Below, piece by piece: positions 31,071 through 40,877 of a stretch of DNA of 64,000 bases (positions are counted from its first letter, which is position 1; the number at the start of each line of letters is the position of its first letter). Made by a program: the position numbers and the translations under genes. Source of the DNA: an uncultured Candidatus Rokubacteria bacterium (GTDB lineage Bacteria; Methylomirabilota; Methylomirabilia; Rokubacteriales; DASRDR01); the NCBI GenBank assembly GCA_963805625.1, contig CAWDVE010000021.1:338024-402023 (forward strand), in the 5' to 3' direction. Below the pieces are notes generated by a model, which did not search any database, had not been told where the DNA came from, and saw only the letters and a list, made by a program, of their open reading frames with translations.

Positions 31071-32132
31071 CTACACGAGCCCGACCTGGCTCCGGTCCCC
31101 CAGCATGAGGTTGTAGGCGCGGGGCTTCGTGGCCGCGCGGTAGACGCGGACGCCCCGGCCGAGGAGGCTCGACTCGATCCGCGCGCCCACGTCGGTCACC
31201 GACGAGCCCTCGAGGATGATCGAGTGCTCGATCTCGCTCCCGCGGATCGTCACGCCGTCCCCGAGGGCCGTGAAGGGCCCCACGTAGGCGTTCTCGATCA
31301 CGGCGCCCCGGCCGATGATGGCCGGGCCGCGCACGACGCTCCGCACGACGCGCGCCTCCGCCTCGATCACCACCCGGCCGGTGACCTCGGAGTCCTCGAC
31401 GAGGCCGTCGACGCGCCGGTCCAGCGTGTCGAGCACGATCCGGTTGGCCTCGAGGAGATCCTCGAGCTTCCCGGTGTCCTTCCACCACCCCTCGATCACG
31501 TGGGGGCGGACGGCCAGGCCGTGGTCGATGAGGTACTGGATGGCGTCGGTGATCTCGAGCTCGCCCCGCCCGGACGGCCGGATGCCCCGGGCCGCGTCGA
31601 AGATGTGGTCGTCGAACATGTACACGCCCACGAGCGCAAGATCGGACGGCGGCACGGGCGGCTTCTCGACGAGCCGCACGACGCGGCCGCCCTCCAGGAT
31701 GGCGACCCCGAACTCCTGGGGGTTCGGCACCTTCGCGAGCAGGATCTGGGCGGCGGGCGCCTCGGCCTGGAACCGCGCGACGAGCGGAGCCAGCGGCTCG
31801 CGTATCAGGTTGTCGCCGAGGTACATCACGAACGGCTGGCCCCGGAGGAATGGCTCGGCCGTCAGCACGGCGTGCGCCAGTCCAAGCGGGGCCTCCTGCG
31901 GGATGTAGGTGACCCGCACGCCCCAGCGGCTCCCGTCACCCACGGCGTCGCGGATCTCCTGGTGAGTATCGCCGACGACGATCCCGACCTCCTCGAGGCC
32001 TGACGCGGCGAGCGCCTCGAGCCCGTAGAACAGGATGGGCTTGTTGGCGACCGGCACGAGCTGCTTGGCCGACGTGTAGGTGATCGGCCGGAGACGGGTG
32101 CCGCGCCCTCCCGAGAGGATCAGCCCGCGCAT
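31071..32132 (-). CDS. rmlA: Glucose-1-phosphate thymidylyltransferase (long form)
   Basis: LSGGRGTRLRPITYTSAKQLVPVANKP; RGELEITDA; hexapeptide tail. Confidence 0.92.
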   Translation of the reverse strand: MRGLILSGGRGTRLRPITYTSAKQLVPVANKPILFYGLEALAASGLEEVGIVVGDTHQEIRDAVGDGSRWGVRVTYIPQEAPLGLAHAVLTAEPFLRGQPFVMYLGDNLIREPLAPLVARFQAEAPAAQILLAKVPNPQEFGVAILEGGRVVRLVEKPPVPPSDLALVGVYMFDDHIFDAARGIRPSGRGELEITDAIQYLIDHGLAVRPHVIEGWWKDTGKLEDLLEANRIVLDTLDRRVDGLVEDSEVTGRVVIEAEARVVRSVVRGPAIIGRGAVIENAYVGPFTALGDGVTIRGSEIEHSIILEGSSVTDVGARIESSLLGRGVRVYRAATKPRAYNLMLGDRSQVGLV

Positions 32133-32148
32133 GCCCATCGCCCCCACA

Positions 32149-33549
32149 TCACCCGAGATGGCGGTGCTGCCACGCGCGGTAGAGCGTGAGGATCATGATC
32201 TTCAGGTCGAGCGCCAGCGACCAGTTCTGGATGTAGTAGAGATCGTACTCGATGCGCTTCTCAAGGGAGGTGTCCCCCCGAAGCCCGTTGACCTGTGCCC
32301 ACCCCGTCAGCCCGGCCTTGACCTTGTGGCGCAGCATGTACTGCGGGATCCGCGTTTTGAACTGGTGGACGAAGAACGGGCGCTCCGGCCGGGGCCCGAC
32401 GAGGCTCATGTCCCCGGTGAGGACGTTCCAGAGCTGGGGCAGCTCGTCGATCGAGAAGCGCCGGAGCATCCGCCCGAACCGGGTCGCCCGGCGGTCGCCG
32501 CGGCGCGCCCACACGGGTCCCGACCCGCCCTCGGTGCCCTCGGGCATCGTGCGGAACTTGACGATGTCGAACGAGCGCCCGTCGAGCCCCGTACGCTCCT
32601 GCCGGTAGAAGACGGACCCCGGCGACGTCAACCGGATCGTGAGGGCGATCGCGCCGAGGACCGGGGCCAGCAGGACCAGCCCGAGCGTCGCCAGCAAGAG
32701 GTCCATGCCTCGCTTGAGGAGGCGCGCCCAGCCGATGATGGGCGACTGCGCGAGGCTGATCACGGGTAAGCCCTCGAGCTCCTCGACGGCCGCTCGAAGC
32801 GTGACGAACTGGAGCACGTCCGGAACCATCTTGACGTCGACCAGCTCGCCCTCGATGGCGTTCAGGACCTTCAGCACCTCGTGGTGCGCCTCGAGCGGCA
32901 GCGCCAGGAAGATCTGGTCCACGCGGTAGTCGGCGAGGACGCGCGTGACCGCCTCACACCCCCCGAGGACTTCCTTGCCCTCGATCCGCTCGCCGACGGG
33001 GATGCGGTCGTCGAGATAGCCCACCACGCGCACACCGAACTCCGGGTGGCCCCGGAGCCGGCGGGTGACCTCCTGGCCGAGATCCCCAGCCCCGACGACG
33101 AGCGCGCGACGGACGAAGCGCCCGTGGCGCCGGAGCGCGCGGACCACGTCGCGGATCGCGAGCCGGACGCCAAAGACCGCGACGACGTCGAACGCCCAAA
33201 ACACCAGCATGAACCAGCGCGAATAGGAGAAGCTCCGGAGGAAGAACGTCCCCGCCACCAGGAGGAGCGTGGCCAGCGTGACGCCCTGGAGCACGACGAA
33301 GGCCTCGTCGGCCTTGGTCCGCTCGTGGCGGTACTCGTAGAGACCCACCGCACGGAGCGACAGGGCGTGGAGCGGCAGGAGCAGCGCCAGGAGCAACAGA
33401 TAGGGCTCCATCGGGGGGATCCCGAGCGGCGCCGGGATCATGTCGGCCCGGAAGCGGACGAAGTAGGCCGCGATGAGGGCGACGGCCCCCGCGAGGGCAT
33501 CCCCCGCCGCGAGGGCAAGGACCAGCCAGAGCCGGCGTTCCTTCAGCAC
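32149..33549 (-). CDS. wcaJ: Undecaprenyl-phosphate glucose phosphotransferase
   Basis: N-terminal TMs; KFRTM; SIDELPQLWNV; SLVGPRPE; GLTGWAQVNG. Confidence 0.9.
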   Translation of the reverse strand: MLKERRLWLVLALAAGDALAGAVALIAAYFVRFRADMIPAPLGIPPMEPYLLLLALLLPLHALSLRAVGLYEYRHERTKADEAFVVLQGVTLATLLLVAGTFFLRSFSYSRWFMLVFWAFDVVAVFGVRLAIRDVVRALRRHGRFVRRALVVGAGDLGQEVTRRLRGHPEFGVRVVGYLDDRIPVGERIEGKEVLGGCEAVTRVLADYRVDQIFLALPLEAHHEVLKVLNAIEGELVDVKMVPDVLQFVTLRAAVEELEGLPVISLAQSPIIGWARLLKRGMDLLLATLGLVLLAPVLGAIALTIRLTSPGSVFYRQERTGLDGRSFDIVKFRTMPEGTEGGSGPVWARRGDRRATRFGRMLRRFSIDELPQLWNVLTGDMSLVGPRPERPFFVHQFKTRIPQYMLRHKVKAGLTGWAQVNGLRGDTSLEKRIEYDLYYIQNWSLALDLKIMILTLYRAWQHRHLG

Positions 33550-34655
33550 GCGGCGCGCGACTCCTGGCCCGCGCCGAGCGCGGCCTCGACGAGCGCGGTC
33601 ATCTCCGCCCGGAACCCCTCCTCGCCGAAGCGGAGCGCGTGCGCCCGAATCTTCTCGGCGCTCCAGCCCGTCACCTCGCCCTGCCCGAGCGCGTCAATCA
33701 GCGCCGCCGCCGTCTGCTCCCGGAAGAAAAGCCCGGTCACACCCTCCACCACCGTCTCGGTGAGGGCGCCCCGCCAGTAGGCGATGACCGGCCGCCCGGC
33801 CGCCGTCGCCTCGAGCGGCGCGATTCCGAACTCCTCCTCCCCGGGAAAGAGGAACGCGCGGCAGCGGGCGACCGCCAGGCGCACCGCCTCGTCGGGCTGC
33901 CATCCGAGGAAGCGCACCGTGGGGCCGGCGCGCCGGCGGAGCCGCGGAAGCTCGGGGCCCGTGCCGATGACGTCGAGCCGGCGCCCGAGCCGGGTGCACG
34001 CGTCCACCGCGAGGTCCACGCGCTTGTACGGCGTCAGCGCGGACACGCACAGGTATGCGTCGCCGACTGCGCCGGGCGCGACCGGCCGGAAGAACGCCGT
34101 CCGCACCGGGGGGTAGACGACACGCGCCTCCCGCTCCCAGACCCGCCGGATGCGGGCAGCCACGTGCCGCGAGATGCACCCGAGGCGGCCAGCGCGCCGG
34201 CCGGCCGCGCGGTCCCACCGGCGGAGCGCGGCCAGGGCCACCCGGAGCGGCCCGCGTGCGAGCGGCGGCACCCGCCCCACGTAGGCACCTTCGAACGTCC
34301 ACGCATAGCGCATCGGGGTGAAGCAGTAGACGACGTGCGCCGCGCCGGCGGGCGGCCGGGCCCCGACCGCGACGCAGTGGCTCGTCGCCAGGACGAGATC
34401 GTAGCCCCGGAGGTCGAAGCGGCGCACCGCGAGCGGGAACAGTGGTAGGTACTGGCGGAATCGACGCGGCGCGCCGGGCAGCCGCTGGATGAAGGACGTC
34501 CGGATGGGCCGCGCCTCGATGGCCGGCACGACGCTGCCGGGGACGTGGACGAGCGTGAAGATGTCCGCCGCGGGAAAGAGGCCGACCAGGGCCTCGAGGA
34601 CGCGCTCCCCTCCCCGCATGCCGGTCAGCCAGTCATGGACCAGCGCGACCCGCAT
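33543..34655 (-). CDS. Glycosyltransferase family 4
   Basis: VHDWLTGMRGGERVL; EEFGIAPLEA. Confidence 0.9.
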   Translation of the reverse strand: MRVALVHDWLTGMRGGERVLEALVGLFPAADIFTLVHVPGSVVPAIEARPIRTSFIQRLPGAPRRFRQYLPLFPLAVRRFDLRGYDLVLATSHCVAVGARPPAGAAHVVYCFTPMRYAWTFEGAYVGRVPPLARGPLRVALAALRRWDRAAGRRAGRLGCISRHVAARIRRVWEREARVVYPPVRTAFFRPVAPGAVGDAYLCVSALTPYKRVDLAVDACTRLGRRLDVIGTGPELPRLRRRAGPTVRFLGWQPDEAVRLAVARCRAFLFPGEEEFGIAPLEATAAGRPVIAYWRGALTETVVEGVTGLFFREQTAAALIDALGQGEVTGWSAEKIRAHALRFGEEGFRAEMTALVEAALGAGQESRAAC

Positions 34656-34671
34656 CAGTCACCCACGTTCC

Positions 34672-35784
34672 TCAGGCCCCCAGCGCCTCACGGTAGACGG
34701 CGACCGTGGCTTCGGCGACGTGCCGCCACGAGAATGCGCGCGCGCGGGCCAGTCCACGGGCCCGGAGCGCGGCGCGGAGAGGTTCTTGACCGGCCAGAGT
34801 ATACATAGCCTCACGCAGAGCGTCAACGTCGGTGGGGTTAACGAGCAGACCCGCATCGCCCACGACCTCGGGCAGACCGCCTCGGTTCCCGGCGACGACG
34901 GGCGCGCCGCACGCCATCGCCTCGAGCGCCGCGAGCCCGAACCCTTCCCAGAGCGACGGGCACACCACGACGGTGGCGCTCTGGTAGAGACGCGCCAGGA
35001 CGGGCGCCGGCACCGCGGCCAGCACGCGCACGCGACCCCCGAGGCCGGGCCTGGCACAGAGACCGTCGACCCAGGCGCGCGCGGCCGGCGGAATCCCCAC
35101 CAGCACGAGCCGGCCCAGGACCGGGGGGAGCCCGGCGAAGGCGTCGAGGAGCCGGGTGACGTTCTTGTGCGGGAGCGGGTTGCCCACGAAGAGGAAATAC
35201 GGCCGCGACACGCCGAGCTCGTCGAGCGTCGGGGCCGCGGTCCCGGAGGAATCGGCGGGCCCGAACGGCGCGCCCACGCCGTTCGGGATCACACGGATCC
35301 GCTCCGGCCGGGCGCCGAGCCGCTCGACGAGGTCCCGGCGCGTGGACTCGGAGACGGTGATCAGCCGACGCGCCCGTCGCACCGCCAGGCGGAGCATCAG
35401 GCGCGCGTAGAGCGGCGCCAGGAGATGGCGATGGCGCACCGGGAAGCGAAGATGGATCAGGTCGTGCACGGTCACGACCGCCGGACACGGGAGCCACGGC
35501 GGGCAGACGTAGTGCGGCGCGTGATAGAGATCGACCCGGTCTCGGCGCGCGGCGAGCGCGAGCTGCCAGAGCTCGGACACGGAGTAGGGGCCCGCCGCCA
35601 CCGGACGCCAGAGGGCACGCGCACCCCACGCCGCGGCAGCGGGCGCCGACGGCGGCCGGCCCGGCGGGAGATAGGCCACCAGCCCCTCGGGCTGGCCCAC
35701 CCCCGGAAGCGCCTCGAGGAGTCCCTGGATGTACGTGCCGATGCCGAAGTCGTCGATCTTGCGCGCGTCGACCGCGACCTTCAT
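34672..35784 (-). CDS. Glycosyltransferase family 4
   Basis: MKVAVDAR; VTVHDL; EGFGLAALEAMACG. Confidence 0.9.
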   Translation of the reverse strand: MKVAVDARKIDDFGIGTYIQGLLEALPGVGQPEGLVAYLPPGRPPSAPAAAAWGARALWRPVAAGPYSVSELWQLALAARRDRVDLYHAPHYVCPPWLPCPAVVTVHDLIHLRFPVRHRHLLAPLYARLMLRLAVRRARRLITVSESTRRDLVERLGARPERIRVIPNGVGAPFGPADSSGTAAPTLDELGVSRPYFLFVGNPLPHKNVTRLLDAFAGLPPVLGRLVLVGIPPAARAWVDGLCARPGLGGRVRVLAAVPAPVLARLYQSATVVVCPSLWEGFGLAALEAMACGAPVVAGNRGGLPEVVGDAGLLVNPTDVDALREAMYTLAGQEPLRAALRARGLARARAFSWRHVAEATVAVYREALGA

Positions 35785-36932
35785 CGGTGGCTTCGCCGGC
35801 CGTGCACGGCCTCGTACACCGCCAGCGTCTGGCGGGCGACCGTGTTCCACTCGAACCGCGCCGCGCGCGCGTGCCCGCGTGCGATCAGGCGCTCCCGGAG
35901 CTCTCCGTCGGTGAGCACGGCCTCGATCGCCGTCGCGAGCTCGCCCGGCACGCGGGCGTCGACGAGGAGGGCCGCGTCGCCCGCCACCTCGGGGATCGAG
36001 CCCGCGCGGGCCGCGACCACCGGCGCGCCCGCGGCCATTGCCTCCAGCACCGGCAGCCCAAAGCCTTCGTAGAGGGACGGAAAGACGAAGCACGTCGCGC
36101 CCGCATAGAGCGCCGGCAGGTCCGCGATCGGCACGTAGTCGGTGAACGCGACGGCGGTCCCGAGGCCGTGCTCCTCGACGGCGCGAAAAATCCCGGCATG
36201 GAGCCAGGCTCGCGTCCCGGCGAGGACGAGCTGTGCCGAGCGGCCCGCGGTCCCGAGGCGCCGCCGCACCTCCGCGAACGCCTCGATCAGCCCCGGTAGG
36301 TTCTTGCGCGGCTCGAGGTTCCCGACGAAGAGGCAGTAGGGGCGCTGGAGCCCGTAGCGGCGGACCACGGCGTCGACCGCCTCGGGGGACAGGGGCCGGG
36401 CGAACTCCGGCCCGACCGCCTCGTGGATCACGACGATCTTGGACGGGGGCACGCGGAGGATCTCCACGAGATCGGCCTTCGTGGCCTCGGACACAGCGAT
36501 GATCCGATCCGCGGACCTCACGGCGAGCCGCGTCATGAGGCGCATGTAGAGGCTGTACTTCCGCGGCACGGTCTCGGGGAACAGGAACGAGACCAGGTCG
36601 TGGATCGTGACGACGGTGCGGTAGCCGAGCTTCACGTGCGGCAGGAAGACGGCCGGGCCGTGGTAGACGTCCGTCCGGAGGGTGCGAAGCCGGAGCGGCA
36701 GGTAGCCGAGGAGCCAGAGATCCCCCCGGAGATGGTCCTCGAAGGACACGCGGGTCGGCAACGCCGCGACGTTGGCCTGGCGGACCGGCAGCCCCGGGCC
36801 ATCGGCCGCCACGAGGCACGTGTAGCGGTTGTCGTGATCGATCGTCGCGAGCCCAGTGAGGAGGCGCTGGGCATACGCGCCCACGCCCGACTGGCGCCGC
36901 GCGATGTACCGGGCGTCGAGGACGACGTGCAT
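35781..36932 (-). CDS. Glycosyltransferase family 4
   Basis: MHVVLDAR; GNLEPRKN; EGFGLPVLEAMAAG. Confidence 0.9.
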   Translation of the reverse strand: MHVVLDARYIARRQSGVGAYAQRLLTGLATIDHDNRYTCLVAADGPGLPVRQANVAALPTRVSFEDHLRGDLWLLGYLPLRLRTLRTDVYHGPAVFLPHVKLGYRTVVTIHDLVSFLFPETVPRKYSLYMRLMTRLAVRSADRIIAVSEATKADLVEILRVPPSKIVVIHEAVGPEFARPLSPEAVDAVVRRYGLQRPYCLFVGNLEPRKNLPGLIEAFAEVRRRLGTAGRSAQLVLAGTRAWLHAGIFRAVEEHGLGTAVAFTDYVPIADLPALYAGATCFVFPSLYEGFGLPVLEAMAAGAPVVAARAGSIPEVAGDAALLVDARVPGELATAIEAVLTDGELRERLIARGHARAARFEWNTVARQTLAVYEAVHGRRSHR

Positions 36933-38386
36933 CACCCCACCCCCGCCGCGGAGGTCGGGCCGGAGCGGCCGAGGGCGCCGCGCAGGAGCCGCAGGCAGAC
37001 CGAGCGCGGGATGGGCCGCAGCACGATGAGCGCCACCGCGTACGCGAGGAGAGCGCCGGCGAGCCGGCCGGCGCCCGCCGGCAGGAGATTCGCGACAGCC
37101 AGGCCGGCCGCGGCGGCGGCCAGGCCCTTGGCCGCCCCGCGCCCGAGCGGCCAGCCGGCAAGCCGACGGACGCCCACGAGACTCGCGGCCAGGGTCACGC
37201 CCTCCACGACCAGGACGCCGACGGCCGCGCCCAGGGCTCCGCCTGCCGCCACGAGGCCCGGGATGGCGGCGAGCCCCGTCACGAACGCCAGCGTCGCGAC
37301 CGCGCGCAGCCGACGGGGCCGATCGAGCGCCAGCAACACGACCCCGAGAAGGTGTCCCAGCATCGCGCAGGCGACGGCGGCGCCCAGGACCGCCAGGACC
37401 GGGCCCGTGGGACCGTACCCGACCCCGTAGATCCGCGGCGTCAGCCAGGACGCGCCCACGCCGAGCCCAAGGGCGATCGGCAAGGCGACGAGCAGTAAGG
37501 CCTCGAACGCCTGGGTCGTGAGCGCCCGGAAACGCGGGAGCGCGGGCGGCGTCCGCGCCAGCACCGGGAAGACGGCCGCCTCCAGGCTCGCGAGCACGAC
37601 CCACGCGACGTCGTAGACGCGGAACGCCGCCCCGAAGTGCCCCGCGGCCTGGTCGCCCGTGAGGAGCACGAGGGCGACGGGCGCCAGGCGCGAGGTGGCG
37701 ACGCCGAGGAACTGCGCCTGAGCGACCGGGGCCAGCTCCCGGGCCAGGCTCCGCGCCCCCGCGGGGCGCCACCACCGGTCGAGCGGGGCGACCCGGCGAT
37801 GGATGCGCCCGATCGCGAAGACGAGCGACACGGCCGGGGCCAGGACGAACGCCGCCGCGATCCCGAGGAGCCCGGCACCGAGCCCGAGGGCGGCGAAGCC
37901 GACCGTCACGAGCACGCCCTTCTCCAGGAGGCGCATCTGAAATTCCTGCTCGAGCCGCTGGACCGCCGTGAAGATGGACACCCCGTTCTCGAGGAACGCC
38001 TGGAGCGTGATGGCCAGGCCGAGGAGCCACACGGCCGCCGTCGTGTCCCACGGGCGATGCAGGAGGAGGGGCACGGCGAGATAGACGGGCCCGACCAGGC
38101 CCAGCAGGAGGAGCTTCAAGGTCGACGCCGTCCCCCATCGCTCGGCGGTCGCGCCCGGGTCCCGCGCCACCGCCCGCGTGAGCACGACCGAGATGCCGAA
38201 GTCGAGCGCGATCCCCAGGACCGTCGCCAGGGCGTACGCGAAAGTGAACTTGCCGAACTCGGCGGGGCCGATGACCCGCGCGGTGACGATGATGAGGACG
38301 AGGGATCCGAACCGGGTCGCCTGGCCCAGGACCTTGAGGGCCGCGCTTCGCGCGACGCGCTCGGCGCTGCCTGGTGCCGCGATCAT
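36932..38386 (-). CDS. Oligosaccharide flippase (Wzx-like)
   Basis: IGPAEFGKFTFA...DFGIS; many TM segments; located inside the GT cluster. Confidence 0.85.
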   Translation of the reverse strand: MIAAPGSAERVARSAALKVLGQATRFGSLVLIIVTARVIGPAEFGKFTFAYALATVLGIALDFGISVVLTRAVARDPGATAERWGTASTLKLLLLGLVGPVYLAVPLLLHRPWDTTAAVWLLGLAITLQAFLENGVSIFTAVQRLEQEFQMRLLEKGVLVTVGFAALGLGAGLLGIAAAFVLAPAVSLVFAIGRIHRRVAPLDRWWRPAGARSLARELAPVAQAQFLGVATSRLAPVALVLLTGDQAAGHFGAAFRVYDVAWVVLASLEAAVFPVLARTPPALPRFRALTTQAFEALLLVALPIALGLGVGASWLTPRIYGVGYGPTGPVLAVLGAAVACAMLGHLLGVVLLALDRPRRLRAVATLAFVTGLAAIPGLVAAGGALGAAVGVLVVEGVTLAASLVGVRRLAGWPLGRGAAKGLAAAAAGLAVANLLPAGAGRLAGALLAYAVALIVLRPIPRSVCLRLLRGALGRSGPTSAAGVG

Positions 38387-39480
38387 GCCGCCGCCGCCCG
38401 GTAGACTGCCAGGGTCTCGCGCGCCGTGCGCGCCCAGGAGAACTCGGCCGCGCGCGCGAGGCCGGCCGAGCGTAGCCGCTCCCGCAAGGCCGGCTCGGCA
38501 AGGAGCCGCGCGAGGGCGTCGGCCAGCGGCTCGGGCGCGGGGTCGACCAGTAGCGCCCCGCCCGCTGTCACCTCGGGCAACGCCCCTCGGTTGGAGGCAA
38601 CGACGGGCGCGCCGGTCGCCATCGCCTCGAGGGCCGGCAGTCCGAACCCCTCCCACAGCGACGGAAACGCGAACGCGAGCGCCCCGCCGTAGAGGGCCGG
38701 CAGGTCGGCGTCCGGCGCCGCGCCAACGAAGCGAACCGCACCGTCAATCCCGAGCGCGTGAGCACGCCGGGCTGGGTCCGGGCCCCAGCCGGGCGCCCCC
38801 ACGACCACGAGCTCGGTCTCGCCCCACACGCGGGCGCGACGCAGCCGGGCCACGGCGTCGAGGAGGACGTCCAGGTTCTTCTTCGGCTCGAGGAAGCCAA
38901 CGAACAGGACGTACGGGCGGATGAGCCCGTAGCGGGCGCGCGCCGCGGCGAGCGCCGCCGGACCGGGGGGCACGAAGTGAGGCGCGGCGGCCTCGGGCAC
39001 GACCACGACGCGCGCGGGCGGCAGACGATAGCGGGCCAGGATTTCTCCCCGCGTCGTCTCCGAGACTGCGATGACGCGGGAGGCCCGGCGCAGCGCCCCG
39101 CCCAGGAGACACCGGACGGCCCACCGATGCCGGGCAGGCACGAGGCCCGGCAAGCGAAACGGCACCAGGTCGTGGACCGTGGTCACAAGCGCCCACGGCC
39201 CGCGGCCCGGTAGCTCGAATCCTGTCACGCCGTGGAAGACGTCGACGGGGCGCCGCCGAAGGTCCCGGGGGGCGTGCCAGAGAGACCAGAGGAGCCGCTG
39301 GGGCCATGGCAGGCACCGCACCTCCGCCCCGCCGAGGGTCGGCCCGGGAGCGCGATCGACATAGAGGATCCACTGCTCCTCCGGGGCAAGCTGGAGGAGG
39401 TGCTCCATCAGAGAGCGGGTGTATCGACCGATCCCGCTCCGGGGCTCCGCCCAAAGCCTCGCGTCGATCGCGATGCGCAT
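38383..39480 (-). CDS. Glycosyltransferase family 4
   Basis: MRIAIDAR...SGIGRY; EGFGLPALEAMATG. Confidence 0.9.
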   Translation of the reverse strand: MRIAIDARLWAEPRSGIGRYTRSLMEHLLQLAPEEQWILYVDRAPGPTLGGAEVRCLPWPQRLLWSLWHAPRDLRRRPVDVFHGVTGFELPGRGPWALVTTVHDLVPFRLPGLVPARHRWAVRCLLGGALRRASRVIAVSETTRGEILARYRLPPARVVVVPEAAAPHFVPPGPAALAAARARYGLIRPYVLFVGFLEPKKNLDVLLDAVARLRRARVWGETELVVVGAPGWGPDPARRAHALGIDGAVRFVGAAPDADLPALYGGALAFAFPSLWEGFGLPALEAMATGAPVVASNRGALPEVTAGGALLVDPAPEPLADALARLLAEPALRERLRSAGLARAAEFSWARTARETLAVYRAAAA

Positions 39481-39667
39481 CTATCAGCCAACATTAGCCA
39501 ATTTTTGATTCTTACCCGGGCGACTCAGTCTAGCCCGCCCCAGAGGATGGCTCAAGGAAGAAATATCCACCTGGACCCGATCGGGATATGTGGTAATGTC
39601 TCCATTCGGGCGGGCCGAGGGGGGCTCGGCCCTGGCTCGATCACCCGCGCGCCTGAGGAGTTACCTG

Positions 39668-40861
39668 ATGAAGACGTATCGCGATCTCGTCGCCGAGGCC
39701 AAGCGCGCCATCCCCGAGGTCACCGTGGAGAACGTGCACGCCCGTCTCGCCCGGGGCGAGACCCTGGCCCTCATCGACGTCCGGGATCCGGACGAGTACC
39801 GGGAGGGGGCCGTCGCCGGCGCCGTGCCGATCAGTCGCGGCTTCCTCGAGTTCAAGGTCCCGGAGGCCTTCCCCGACCCTGAGACCCCGCTGGTGCTCTA
39901 CTGCCTGTCTGGGCTCCGCTCGCTGCTCGCGGGCAAGGTGCTCCACGACCTCGGGTACACCAACGTGACCTCGATGGCGGGGGGCATCCGGCGCTGGAAG
40001 GAGCTGAAGCTCCCGCTCGTCAAGGACCAGCCGCTCACGTCGGACCAGATGGAGCGCTACAGCCGCCACTTCATGCTGGCGCAGGTGGGTGAGCCGGGGC
40101 AGAAGCAGCTCCTCCGGTCGAAGGCCCTCCTGATCGGCGCGGGGGGGCTCGGCTCGCCGGCCGCATTCTACCTCGCCGCCGTCGGCGTGGGCACGCTCGG
40201 CATCGTCGACGATGACGTCGTCGACCTGTCGAACCTCCAGCGTCAGATTCTCCACCGGACGTCGGACATCGGCCGGCCGAAGGTCGAGTCCGCCCGGGAC
40301 TCGATCACGGCGCTCAATCCCGACGTAACAGTAATCCCGTACGCCGAGCGACTGACCGTGGACAATATCGAGCGGATCATCAAGGACTACGACGTCATCG
40401 TGGACGGGTCGGACAACTTCGCGACCCGGTACCTCGTCAACGACGCCTGCTACCTTGCCGGCAAGCCGAACGTCCACGGCTCGATCTTCCAGTTCGAGGG
40501 CATGGTCACGGTGCTGGCGCCCGACCGCGGGCCCTGCTACCGCTGTCTCTACCCCGTCCCGCCTCCCGCCGGGCTCGTCCCGTCCTGAAACGAAGCCGGC
40601 GTCCTGGGCGTGCTCCCGGGACTCATCGGAGTGGTGCAGGCGACCGAAACCGTCAAGTTGCTCCTCGGTAAGGGGGAGTCGCTGATCGGCCGGCTCCTGA
40701 CGTACGACGCGCTCGGGATGCGCTTCCGCGAAGTGCGGCTTCGCCGGGACCCGAAGTGCCCGCTCTGCGGCGAGGCGCCGGTGATCCGCGACCTGTCGAT
40801 CCACGCGGCGGGCGACGAAGCGTGCGCGGAGCCGTCTCCGGCGACGCCGGTGGCCCGCTAA
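39668..40861 (+). CDS. moeB: Rhodanese-MoeB (MoeZ-like) adenylyltransferase, probable selenoprotein (UGA at 40586-40588 = Sec307)
   Basis: Rhodanese (DVR...YCLSGLRS) + RYSRH, GAGGLG, SNLQRQ, CYRC...PPAGLVPS*NEAGVLGVLPG...CPLC in one frame across TGA. Confidence 0.85.
40601..40622 (+). promoter_or_regulatory. Putative bacterial SECIS hairpin
   Basis: GTCCTGGG-CGTGCT-CCCGGGAC starting 12 nt after UGA; G near the start of the loop. Confidence 0.55.
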
Positions 40862-40877
40862 CCGTCCGGCGCGGCGG

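Noticed and set aside
25265-31116. Long antisense or alternative-frame ORFs (e.g. 25265-27331, 29215-31116; similar ones at 4006-5643 and 60425-62275)
   Set aside because: Shadow ORFs expected at this GC content; Arg/Pro/Gly-rich with no motifs and opposite well-supported genes.
39590-40861. moeB as two ORFs or a nonsense pseudogene
   Set aside because: The stop is UGA exactly at the conserved Cys, the downstream frame is intact and a SECIS-like hairpin follows; Sec recoding is more parsimonious.
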